A DNA stretch of 63,800 bases, filler included, from Asterionella formosa (taxonomy: Eukaryota): NCBI GenBank assembly GCA_002256025.1. It is 14 parts of 14 records of this genome, joined end to end, with 100 filler letters (N's around TTAATTAATTAA, not from the genome) between each part and the next. Parts side by side here need not be neighbours in the genome. Positions count along the whole stretch, not along the records: positions 1 to 4,478 come from NKIB01013504.1; positions 4,579 to 9,056 come from NKIB01013505.1; positions 9,157 to 13,631 come from NKIB01013506.1; 11 more parts are not named here. One strand, written 5' to 3'. The first letter of the stretch is position 1; each line of letters begins with the position of its first letter. The notes beneath the pieces are model-generated. The model was not told the origin of the DNA. It made no database searches and saw only the letters and a program-made list of their open reading frames with translations. The position numbers and the translations under genes were made by a program. Positions 1-11,999 of this stretch are shown here, piece by piece.

Positions 1-233
1 ATAGATGATAGGAAAACATTGATTCTGCTCTATACTACTATTACTATTAGTGCCGCCTGTACTACATGTAGCGGTATACCTCCATTTTTAATACTATGGT
101 GGAGTGATAATTTCACGACTCTGTATTTTCCAGCACAGCATGTTCGAAGTGGCGCTCAATTTATTATTATATATTAATTCATTTTCATTCTATCCTGTTC
201 ATATCCTGACTTGGTCATCATTTGAAATTTGCA

Positions 234-3200
234 ATGTCTTTGCGCACATTGCAATGGTGTTATCTGTGTAACTACAAATTTCGGAAGAACAAATCCCCAT
301 CTGAGTCTCATAATCGAAATTGTAGCAACCGTATTTTTTATACATATGGTTACTGTCGACATTGCATGCAGGAACATCGAGTTCCTGGAATACATAGTGA
401 AACTATGTATTGCGGTAGTGCATCTAATCATTCAAGGAAAGAAGTTAATGATGGCAGTGTAACTGCTGCAGCATTTAGGGAGATTAGACAAGAAGAGATT
501 GTGTGTCCAATCCTTGAATCAAGTGACCACAATCATCCACTTCATGACGACAGCGACGATTCAGTTTATAACAATATTCAGTCACAACAGGACGAACAAT
601 TGAGACTAAAAACTGTCCAAGGGTTGAATTCAGAAACCATGCAATATTCAGATTTTCAAGATCGCACCGGCTTTCTCCCTGAAAATGCAATGGAAATGCC
701 CCTTCCTCCTCAATTTCAACTTCCAAGTAAACATGTTATTACTCAACGAGAATTATCTTCCACCAGTTTACTTTGATCATCTAATGAAATGGCTGTTCAA
801 GGCAAAGGCAATGAAATATTTTGATGGAAGGTATCAAGCTCCATCCTACCAGACTTTGAAAAAACGCATGGATATTTCATTTCCACCAACATTAGCTGGT
901 GGTCAACTGTTGACCAAACAAATAAAGATTGATAACAATTCAAATATGATCATCCCACGCACACTCCATTATTTCGAACCAGTACAGCTCATGGCAGGAT
1001 TGTTACGTGATTCCGATATCATGCAACATTTTGTATGTCACCCACAAGTGAAACTTACAACTTGTGGAGAACGCATATATGACGAAGTAACTTCTGCGAC
1101 TTGGTTTGAAAATGTGTTCAACAATTCTCCTGCATCAGAAAATGGAGTGTTGAATACAGGGTGTTTATTTGTTGCCCTAGCAGTTTTCAGTGATGGTTCA
1201 CCTATTGATAAACAAATGAAACATTCCGAGCATCCGTTTTTGCTGACAATGTTAAACTTAACGTTAGAAGGAAAAAAAAGTTGATGGATGGCAATTAGTA
1301 TCTCTTTTGCCAGAAATTGAAGTCAGAGATCTGGAAAAACAAATGAATAATAAGTTATCTGGTGACAACTTGTCCTTATGTAGACTCAAATTATATCATT
1401 CTGTTACAGGATTTCTATTGTCGCCTTTCGAAGATCCAAACAAGTCATACGATATTTGGGTTCATGGTCTTGGTATGACAAAAGTATATTTCCAAGTTGG
1501 AATGATCATTGGTGATACAGAAGAACACAATAAAATTTGTGGCTTCAGGGGTGGTAATGGATTATATCGACGATATGTTTGTCGTGATTGCCTGGTTTCA
1601 ACTGAGGAGGCTGATAATCCTGATATTGGATGTGAACGTCGTAAAGTGTCAGATGTTAAAATGTTTTTAAACAAGTTTCTTGACAAAAATGCATATCCCA
1701 ATGGAGAATTGCCATGTATCCCAACTGAGTATTGTGTCTCCCAATCTAATGGCAAATACGCAACAGCAAACAAGTGGTGCCGTGTTATATCGCATAATCC
1801 TATTATGCCTGCACTAATAAATCATTTTTTTGGTGGTGACTTAGAAGGATTATTTGGTGCAACTCCATTTGAGGTTCTTCATCAATTACTACTTGGAATT
1901 TTTAAGTACATTTTGGAATCTTTATACAATTATCGGACTATCCCTGAAGAATGGACATGTTTTTTTAAAGAAAGAAAATCTCCAGATATTCCAGAAAACA
2001 TCTCCAATCATTTACGTAACACTGAAACAACAGACTCTGCTTTTCTTGATCAAGAGCAACCGAAGAAACGGGCAAAGATCAAAAAGGACACACGCACCAG
2101 TTATCAAAAATATCTACACTGGCAAAAATCAAGACCCAACACTTGTTCCAGCACCAGAAATGTATTTTCGAAACAATACTTCGAACAAAGTGCTAGATAT
2201 ATCAATAGTCATTTGGAAAGGCAAAGCGATCGTGATATTCCAAAATTGTCATACAGATCTGGGATGACAGCTTTGTCGAAAATGTCAGGGCAAGAAATTC
2301 CCGGATTATGTCTGTTAACTATTTTTTCAATGGGTGGAATGATGGGTTCAGAGAACATGCACCTAGAAAAGGATTTCACATTGCTGTTATGGCTATGTAT
2401 ATCTATCAATGACACTTTATTCATACCACAATATACATCAACATGTATTGATATTTTAGAGGATAGGGTTAAGAGATTTATGTCAGTTACTAAGATTATG
2501 ATTAGTCCCCAACGGGAAATGATATCTCAAATTGGCTTATGAATGGCGAAATTTCATGGAATGAAACATTACCCTCATCTGATTAGGAAGTTCGGATCTC
2601 CTCTTAATTTTTTTGGTGGATATTTGGAGTCTTTTTTGAAAGACAAATTGAAACGAGCCAGGAAGCGTGTCAATGGACAATTACATCGATTAAAGCATGA
2701 CATTTTAACAAGGTCGTATGAAACAAGGCAGTTTGCATTGGCACGAAAAATTGTTTTTGTAAGTGATTCAAAACAAACAAAAGAAGATGAGTAAAGTATA
2801 CATCAATGTAACTGAGGGTATTTCAACAGAAATTGAATTCGAAGGAATGATTCCGGATACAATGATGTTGCCTAGTAGGTCGCCTGAAAATTTTGGAATA
2901 TCGCCTACCAAAATCCATTCACCAGCCCTTCCTGTTAAAGTTCAATTTTCTGCTTCATCATCAAATGGTCTATGGACTATAGCAGGTGTCCCTAATAAGA
3001 TTGGGCATGTATCACGGAGTAAGGATGCACCCTTGTCTCAATTGGTTCATCCTGATTTACCGAAGGGGGCCAACTACGTGAAGAGCATTGCGAATTCAGC
3101 AATAGAAATAGCAAAAATCAAAAGTCTTGAAGATGGGATTGGGCCTGTTTTCATTGTAAGGATTGACTTTTATTATCATGTTAAAATCGAAAGTAATGTT

Positions 3201-3688
3201 CCCGGCCAAAATACTATTTTCAGATGCCATCCTAAATGGAATGATGATTCAAAGGCAGGAATCTCTGGTCGTGAATGGTTTGACTGGGTCGAAGTGAACT
3301 GGGAAAAGGGAGATGGATCAAGTTTCTACACAGTTCCTGCAAAACTACTTCTTTGGGGAAATGTTATTTTCTCCAACACAACAACCATTCTCTTAGCGTG
3401 TATTCGTTCCTTGAAAAGTTCAACTGAAATGAAAATTCAAAACGTATGTTTTTTGCAAGAGGAGACACATTATGCAATGATACAACTGAATTGAGCGTTG
3501 TTGAATTTCATAAAATACTTTCGGCATCATTTGTTGTTCCTGCTTTGAAACCACAGGAATCAAGGAAATCTCTGAAACCGCAAGAAGTTTTGGAACAGAT
3601 ACGGAAAGATAATTTTTATGTTGCCATGCCTCCACGTAATTTATGGAAATCAATCGGGTGGGACCAAAAACTAACAAGCGAACGTTGA
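234..3688 (+). mobile_element. Plavaka-type (CACTA-related) DDE transposase, pseudogenised
   Basis: The ORF pieces 222-776, 685-1284, 1307-2542, 2543-2794, 2763-3494 and 3446-3688 join into one protein. Motifs in order: N-terminal CxxC/His cluster, FSDGSPID..HSEHPFLLTMLNL, GWQLVSLLP (after a +1 shift in the A8 run at 1272-1279), GDTEEHNKICG, CRDC, PFEVLHQLLLGIFKY, KFHGMKHYPHLIRKFGSPLNF..LESFLK, FRCHP..WFDWVEV. There are about 4 frameshifts and one in-frame TGA (2540-2542). Confidence 0.75.
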
Positions 3689-3810
3689 TAAATATATAAG
3701 AATAATATAAATGATAATGGCAACAATATAGTTTCGCATACTAAATTGGTTATTATGAGCAAGGTTTTCACAAACTACAATTTCCTAAGAAATGATTATC
3801 CAATGGTCCA

Positions 3811-4478
3811 TTATTTGTTCTCTTTCACTCCCAAAGAACCTAAGATGGTCCTTCTCGTTTCGTCCGAAACTTTGCTTCTCCACTTTTCAACTGCAGTTCG
3901 ATATGATTCTGCAAACTTCTTCAATTTGATTCCAGAAGGGCAATGATAAGATACAAAATTTTCTTTCAACTTTTTGTCAATTTTGATGCATCCAGAAATT
4001 TGGCCAAGAGGTGCATGATTATACCATTTGAAGGGAGCAAGTTTGTCATTACTTTGTTGTATCATGGATTTTACGTAGACAACTTCATCCTTCTTGAAAG
4101 AAGAGTTGCAAGGAACTCGTCCAAATACTTCGTTCAACATTTTAAATCTAAATAGGATGTCAAAATTTTGTCGATACAAAATTGAAGAACAGTTATTTCC
4201 AACTGAAACATATCCTCACGAGAATTTGTCGTTGTCACTTGAGGCCAAACTGCTCCAAGATGAAAGTATGTTGACTTTGTTGGTGGGTCAGATGTAATGG
4301 ATAAGAAATCGTCTGTTCGATCTGTTGCTACCACCTGACGTTTTAAAACTTTCCAGGACTCAGTCTCCAAACGGAAATGTGCCCGTTTGCCAAGAAATTT
4401 GGTTTTGCCATTCCTTTCTAATTGCAATAGAGTTTCCAACACTTTCACAATTGTAAAAGGTCCACATGACTATCCACT
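3811..4478 (-). pseudogene. Convergent, disrupted ORF (3' part only) next to the transposase; possibly an accessory gene of the element
   Basis: Overlapping minus-strand ORFs 4134-4448 and 3811-4179. The contig edge reads SG*SCGPFTIVKV. Confidence 0.3.
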
Positions 4479-4578
4479 NNNNNNNNNNNNNNNNNNNNNN
4501 NNNNNNNNNNNNNNNNNNNNNNTTAATTAATTAANNNNNNNNNNNNNNNNNNNNNNNNNNNNNNNNNNNNNNNNNNNN
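4479..4578. other. Artificial contig linker N44-TTAATTAATTAA-N44 (stops in all six frames)
   Basis: The same 100-nt linker recurs at 9057, 13632, 18205, 22778, 27349, 31920, 36490, 41063, 45618, 50166, 54712 and 59257. Confidence 0.99.
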
Positions 4579-5345
4579 CTGCTGCTGCAGCGACTTCGCC
4601 ACCGGCGAGTGGAGACAGGATTGGTATGGAAGGCGTCTCATCGTTTGTTTCCTCTACTATTTCCTTCTTCCGAGTGTCGTCAACAACTTTCGAGTTAGAT
4701 TTCAAGGCAGCTGCTGGCGCTGCCGCGGAAGCGATTTCGCCATCGAGGAATGAATACTGGATTGGTATTGAAGGCGCCAGATCATTTGTTTCCTCTACTT
4801 TTTCCTCCAGCCGCTCCTCGTCAACAACCTTCGTCTTCGATCTCAAAGCAGCTGCTTGGGCTGCGGCTGCAGCGATTCCGCCACCGGCGAATGGAGACAG
4901 GATTGGTATTGAAGGCGGCTCATCATTTGTTTTATCTACTTTTTCCTCACTAGATTTCTTCATTGAGCGCAATGCGGCTGCCTGAGCAGCAGCGGCGGCG
5001 ATCCCACCACCTGCAAAAGGAGAAATTGTTGGTCTCGAAGGCGTTTGGTCAATGTCCTTGTCTTTCTGTTTCTGTACATCACCGACAACCTTCGTCTTTG
5101 ATCTCAAAGCAGCTGCTTGCGCGGCGGCTGCAGCGATTCCGCTACCGGCGAATTGCGACAGGATTGGTATTGAAGGCGTCTCATCATTTGTTTCCTCTAC
5201 TTTTTCCTCCAGCCGCTCCTCGTCAACAACCTTCGTCTTCGATCTCAAAGCAGCTGCTTGGGCTGCGGCTGCAGCGATTCCGCTACCGGCGAATGGCGAC
5301 AGGATTGGTCTTTGAGGCGTCTCATCATTGGTTTCATCTACTTTT
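4579..5345 (-). repeat. Coding tandem repeat, about 6 units of 120-135 nt (DETPSIPILSPFAGGGIAAAAAQAAALRSK...)
   Basis: Near-identical DNA units are visible, e.g. 4760-4890 versus 5160-5300. Confidence 0.9.
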
Positions 5346-8300
5346 TCATCACTAGATTTCTTTGTCGACCCTTCTAAGGTATTGCTTTCATTCTTTGCTG
5401 TAGTTGATTTCTTTGATTTGTAGCGGGGGGCTGAAGAAGTTGCATTACTTGGATATATACTCTTTTCCAAAGTGTCATTACCATTGGCAAGAACGAGCGT
5501 CGATTGGTCTAAAACAATGTGTTCATCGGTGAGCCATTGTTTCCAAAACTGACAAAGATAATGAATGCATGTTAATGACGCAAGCTGACGAGAATCTGAA
5601 ACCGCATCTGTCAAAGCTATGCGAATCATTGCCGACAAAAAGTCATCACTCGAGAATCTGTGTTGTAAAGTGCATGCAATGCGACTCAAGGAGCTGCATG
5701 TCGTCGCAGTGTCGCGATTACTCTTGTTGGTCTGAGTTCCAAATTCCTTGTTATTTTTTTCTAGGTCCTGTTTACTGGCAGCTGACTCGGTGACTCTGTC
5801 GTCAACAAGTGAACACATGGTATTTTGATCACTTGACTGTGTCTCATGTTGTTCTTCATGGTTACGATCGACTGCGGCGGCAGTGGTAGATGCTGACGCG
5901 GGAAAACCGCCTCTGACAAAATTAGTAGGAAATATCTTGCCCAGTTCACTCTCACTCACTATCTCTCGTTGACTCTTAGGTACGCCTTTAAGAGCTATAG
6001 CGTAAATGGTTTGTTTTTCCTCGTCTACATTTTCTGTAGTCTCACTTCCGGTTTGACTCTCCTCGAGAAGGTAGGGGAGCGATAAATCATTATGTATCAA
6101 GTGAAAGGGAGATTGGTCGTTGATGGATAGTTCTGATTTATTTGATTTGGATCTTTCTATCCTCCTCGTAGCCTTTGTATGTCGTGATTCAGATAATTGA
6201 CAGATACTTTCTTCGTCAAGAGAAGGGTCTGACAGGGCAAATTGTCCAGCATTCGTTTCGATTCTACGTGTTCGAATTATGTTTCCCTCAGGAGAGCAAT
6301 CGCAAACGGAATCTGAAGAACCTGATCCAATCTGGATCGATCTAGCTCTCGCCTCCCTTCGTGGAGTCTCTGTCATTTTTGGTGTGGGTGATTTTGAAAC
6401 ATTGTCGATCAAATTGTCATAGGAAAGCGACCTGAACTTGGGGGATGATGATGTTGATTCTTCGCTTTTTAACAAACATCTTGCCTTGCCATTTATACCA
6501 GGAAAGAAATAAACAAGACGTCCTGGTTCAGATTCGCTTTTCTCGTTTTCTGGGATTGATTGCTCTGAGATGATTTCAGACGGGTTCTCATCAAGAAAAA
6601 GTGCTGGTATCACCCCACTCGGGTCATCAGTATCACCTAAAGTAATATATTTTTCAGTGCTGGCATTATTTGGCGTTTCTGGCTCATCGGAACTGCTCGT
6701 TGGTGCGTTTGCAGCAGCAGTACTTTCCCTTAACCCTTCTCCAGTGACAGATCTTGGCATTTCGCTCAGTATGACTTCCTTGGTTGTTGTCTTACGTTTG
6801 TCGTGTCGCTTCTCTCGCACGTTCAAGTGTTTCTGGGTCTTAGTAGTGACAATTTCGGCACCCATAGTAGCTATTCCTTCGTCTGTAAAAGGTGAAATAC
6901 TTCCAACTTTGCTGGCCTTATTTTCATGACTGCGATAGTCCGTGGTCACCGAATTGGTGTAACCTTCCTGTTTTGAAGTCGCAGGAGCGACACTTTCAAC
7001 TGTTTTGCTCGATGTTCGGCTCCTCTCTTCGTGTTCCATGGCATCTGCAAAGGCCTGGGCCTCGGCCACAACTTCTTCCTGACTTTCTGCAACTGATTCA
7101 AAATCACGTGTGAATGTTTCTACGAGATGAAACATGGAAGGATATTTCGGATTTGCAGCTGACACAAATTTTGAATCAAGGAGCTCACGATGCAAGTGAT
7201 ACCCCTCAGTTCCGAGGATTTGGAAGACTGGGAGTAACTGAAGCTGAATTTCTGACACACGAGATATTATGGGGTGAGCCTACGTAAACGACACAACTGC
7301 ATTTTACACCTTTGTAAACGTACCTGCAAGAAACCCATCGAATGTGCGTACATTGAGGAGGACATGTCTATATCCTGTTGGTAGCTGACTAACCTCGAAC
7401 TTTTCAGAAGGTTGAACACAGAAAAGATTCTTCATGCGAACTATTTCAAAGCTGAAGTCATCGCTATCCCGTGAATCTGGTGGTGTCCCAGTTCTGTCCA
7501 CGCCGGCCAACTGATTAAGATAAACAAGTGCACAAATTAAAAATCTCTCATCTGGAAATATAAGCTGAGATCGCAGTATGTCCTTGACTTGAGTCACATC
7601 ACCACCATACTTTCGAACTGCTTTCTTTTGTATAGCTTCGGCAGCCTTGATCTCGACAGAAAATGACACGTTGAATTCATTTTGAACGAGTGTCGGGTGA
7701 TAATTTTGCGTTGCGAATTGTGATAATTGCTCTATCAAAGAATAAAACTTTCCACGTTTGCTTCTCGCAATTGCTACCAAAGCATCAATTGACATATCGC
7801 TCCCTGTGTTGTGCACGAGATAATCACGTTGGGCGTTGTCAATATTAACGTTTGTAGCCAAAGTTGTTAAATAATTTGTCAGGAAAGGTACATCGGCGTT
7901 GCAGATGGGACTAAAGCCACTCAGATTATTTGTCGACCTCAAAAATCCTAATGCACCATGCAAAATGCTATCGTGACGACAATTGAAATTTGCTAGAGGC
8001 GAGTGTGACGAAGAAGTTGAAAACAACGAAGAACCATGCGTTGAGTCGTTGTCGGAGCTTCGTTTCTCGATGAAGTGCAATGAACATGGTCGTCGCACCA
8101 TAGTCTGCATGATGGCTTCATGTTTCCAACGAGCCAAAAGTTGGCGCCAGCGCAAATTCGCAATTATTGACAGGTGCTTCGGGAGTTCAAATGACGGAAA
8201 TTCACCACCGAAATCGCTCAAGGAAGAAAGTGCCAGCAGTTCTTCGCTTAGACCTTCGACATCGTGGACTGGAAGAGGGAGTGCGCCCAGGTCGTCATAA

Positions 8301-9055
8301 TATTCTGTATCATGAGGTGAACCTGCAATTAAATTCTGTTCGACAATGCCTTCTCTCTCTACTCCATTCATGATAACATCAGTATCACATGTCGACGAGC
8401 GCCTGATTTTCACGGTTGGATTATTTGAATCCATCAGTGCTCCTAGACTTAACTTTGCTCGCCATAGCCCTTTGTGACGCTTCTTCTTTGGTTTCTTTAC
8501 TGGTGTCTTGCCAGGATCGGAGCAAAAACTACCGGTACTGCTGGGATGAAAACTGATAGTTGGTCTTAGCTTTTTAGCAAGGCCATCAGTTGACCTCGGA
8601 ATCGATGCAAAATCAGAATTTGAAGATATGGAACCTTCATCCTTCGCAAAAATAGATAGACTGAGGTCAAGTGATGGTTTGGCATCCAAGATAACTTTGT
8701 GCTTGAAATGTTTGCCAGATAATTCTTCCACACTGACTGTAGCTGAAATTACGGTAGGCTCGTCGGTGTTTTGACACGAGCTTTCTGGAGGGATCAAATC
8801 CCATAAATCAATTATTGCTGTGACTGGGGTGGTCAATGTGTGATCTTCCAAGGACTTGACGTTTTCTGACAAAGGTGAGCCAGACGGTGACATGGAACGA
8901 GATCCGCTTCGTCGTTCATCGTCAAATATACTCTCTGGAACAATCGAGGCAGCTTGTATCCAATCTTGCATGTGGGGCGTGACACTTCCAGATCGACTGG
9001 CCAGTCTACTAGATTTCCTATTTCTTCCTCTTCCTTTCCAAAGAGAAGTAACAGT
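4579..9055 (-). CDS. Large (>1,460 aa) partial protein with a RelA/SpoT synthetase-like nucleotidyltransferase domain and C-terminal Ala/Pro-rich repeats; 2 exons
   Basis: Exons 9055-7324 and 7251-4579 join across a 72-nt GT..AG intron (7323-7252), giving ...GYRHVLLNVRTFDGFLA-E-IQLQL. Upstream motifs are EIKAAEAIQKKAVRKYGGD..VKDILRSQLI and EIVRMKNLF. The frame is open at both contig ends. Confidence 0.8.
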
Positions 9056-9156
9056 GNNNNNNNNNNNNNNNNNNNNNNNNNNNNNNNNNNNNNNNNNNNN
9101 TTAATTAATTAANNNNNNNNNNNNNNNNNNNNNNNNNNNNNNNNNNNNNNNNNNNN

Positions 9157-10642
9157 GACCAAAGTCTAGGGGAACTGAACCAGTAAATGAATTGTTACTC
9201 AATCCTAGTCCACTGAGACTTGTTGTCAAAAGACCAATCTCAGTCGGAAGTGTGCCAGTGAAAGAATTGAAGGACAAATCTAGATAATCGAGACTTGTCA
9301 AGAGTCCAATATCTGTGGGAAGTGTGCCAATAAAAGAATTGTTGTTCAAATAAAGATAATTGAGACTTGTCAAGAGTCCAATCTCAGTCGGAAATGTGCC
9401 AGTGAAAGTATTGGTGGACAGTCTTATAGCAATTAGACTTGTCGACAGTCCAATCTCAGTCGGAAGTGTGCCAGTGAAAGTATTGGAGGACAAATCTAGA
9501 TAATCGAGACTTGTCAAGAGTCCAATCTCAGTCGGAAGTGTGCCAGTGAAAGTATTGGAGGACAAATCTAGATAATCGAGACTTGTCAAGAGTCCAATCT
9601 CTGTGGGAAGTGTTCCAATGAAAATATTGGAGGACAAACCTAGACTAGTGAAACTTGTCAGGAGTCCAATCTCGGGCGGTAGTGATCCAACAAGGTTTGC
9701 ATTAGAAATGTGAAAATAAGTGATATCTGTCCCACCATTGCAAGAAATGTAACGCCAATGACAATAATTGTATTGAGAAGCAGTTCCATTATCTTGCAAC
9801 CATGTATTTTTTGAAAGACGATCACCAGTCGCATAATTAAACACTACCAAGGCATAGAATTGCAACAAAGTATAGTCTCTGGGACTATTATCTAGTGTCG
9901 CATTCTCCAACCATATCAATGCATTTTGTTGTGCAGAGCCATCAGTTGAAAGTGCTGTTCCATTATCAAATGATTGTCCAACCAAGAAATTAAACAATGG
10001 GTCTGGCCGTTGTGTGAGCTGCCATGTGACAATAGCAATGGCAACTAAGATGCCAATCATCATAAATGTTGCCAAGACTCTCCACCCTTGACGGCGACAA
10101 TAGGCTTTTTCAGCTGTTTCATGATCAAAAATAGAGGCACTAACGATTTCAGGATCATCGACAAGAACAGCGATTTGAGGATCATCGACAAGAACAGCTT
10201 TGAATAGTGATTCAGGTTCCAGCTGCTCCACCAGTTCATCCTGAACGTTGTTAGTGCTAGTGGGAGCAGTGTCGACATGCAAGAAGGAGTCATCATGTGG
10301 AATGAATCCTGGTCCTCTGACTGCAAAAGCGCCAGGACGAACGTGTTGTTGTGATGGTGCTGCCACAACATCTCGAGGCAGAGCTGCTGCTGTTGATGAT
10401 AAGACTGCTGGAATAACAATATTAGATGAATCGTTTTCATCTTGAGGAGGCACCATAACTGCGGCTTTCTTCTGTTGGTCTTCCACTTTCACCAACGACA
10501 TATCTTGAGGGAGCATTGCTCCTGCCAAATCCTCCGATGCAATGGCTTCCATCTCTTCCTTCTTTGCTTCTTCTGCAAACCGATGAGCATAGAGGCTAGC
10601 ACCATGATCATTCTTCTTGTTATTGTTGTTGCTTGATGACAT
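9157..10642 (-). CDS. Type II membrane LRR receptor-like protein (plant-type 24-aa LRRs), 3' truncated
   Basis: Low-complexity N-terminus with PGAFAV, a TM helix (VLATFMMIGILVAIAIVTW), the cap SAQQNALIWL..QFYALVVFNYATG..W..CHW..ISC, then about 7 repeats of LTSLxxLxLxxNxFTGTLPTEIGL (72 nt each). Confidence 0.9.
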
Positions 10643-11999
10643 GCTGGTCTTGTTGTGAACGATATCAAAAAGACGACGAGCGACAAGAAAACACAATTTA
10701 TAATCCTTTACGAATACATATGTGTTCTATGGATCTAGAGGGTGCCGGAAGACGTAAAGTACGCACTTCTAATATGGCCTGCTTGATAAAAAAGCAAAGA
10801 AGATTGAACGTACCAATAATAATCTTTTACAGCAGCCATGACAATAATTCGTGTCAAGATCTTTTGTACTACCAGGTACTGTACAATCGGTATCCTCATT
10901 CATTGCTTGCTTGATTCTTCAATAGCAGGCACGTGCAACAATGAACTATACCTGTATGCATACATATCGGTGTCGGAAATTTTGAAAGCATCGCAATGGT
11001 TCTGTTCAAATTAATTGAAAAGAGCAAATGAAATTGGTGCCAATGAATAGACATACAGGTACATAGCTACATCTAATACTCACGATTGCGAAAGAGGACA
11101 ATTTGCAAATAGAAATTCACTATTCACACAAGACTCCCATGTACTGTGCCTGGTAAATACCAGTATTCTTATGAGGATGCATGCATGCAGTATTAGTAGT
11201 ATACTGCATGCAATTTTGATTTGTGATAGTAGTATAGTTCAACTACATACCGGCTACTGGGTATGCTACTTGGTACACATATCTTTGTTGTATACCTTTA
11301 TTACAGGGAGTCTACCTGTATGGTACCGATGTACCGATACGTACGTAGTCAACCGGTATATTTGCAACCCTAACAGTTTTGTATGGTTTATGTTACATAC
11401 AGCAGTATGCATGTGTGCACAAATGTTCGCAATAGTATTCGGACTTTCCCGGAACTCCCAGCCAGCTCAACCATTCCTCAAGGCTGTTGTTCATGATGGC
11501 AAGGAGTGCAGTACATACCTTGTACATATTATTTTAAACGGTGCTCCACGTACAACTGGTACCTGGGCGTACCAGTAGATCCATGGGGTGTTCTGGGTAT
11601 CTTGTACCTGATACCAGGGACTGGCACTACCCTGGCTGTTACCTCACACCACGTAATTTTATCATACCGGTAGGGAACAACATATGCCCGTGGTCATGAA
11701 GGGGTACAACACAGCACAGGCGAATACCGGTATGCAGACTACATATGAATAGTCGTATTTGTGTGGTTTCAATGTGGTCATTGACGATGATTTGTTAGGC
11801 CGCTTCTCACATCAGGCCATTCGATAATCGAGATTCCTTTCTTGTGATAAGTTTGATTCAATGATCCCAACAAAGGTTCTTTCCAGAATCCATCAAGCAT
11901 GCAAGCACTTGAGCAGCAGCGAGACCGACATCACGGTGACCAGCCATGCAAACATAGCTTAGTCTTGTCTAATAAATGAGGTTGCCTCCTTCAAGTCAG

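Noticed and set aside
4523..4534. Recurrent palindrome TTAATTAATTAA as a biological repeat or CRISPR-like repeat
   Set aside because: It is always centred in N runs, so it is an assembly concatenation linker.
7230..7790. Bacterial contamination as the source of the RelA-like domain (likewise the tyrosine recombinase)
   Set aside because: The RelA-like gene has a spliceosomal intron and long eukaryote-style disordered regions, and the YR contig also carries a host copia LTR.
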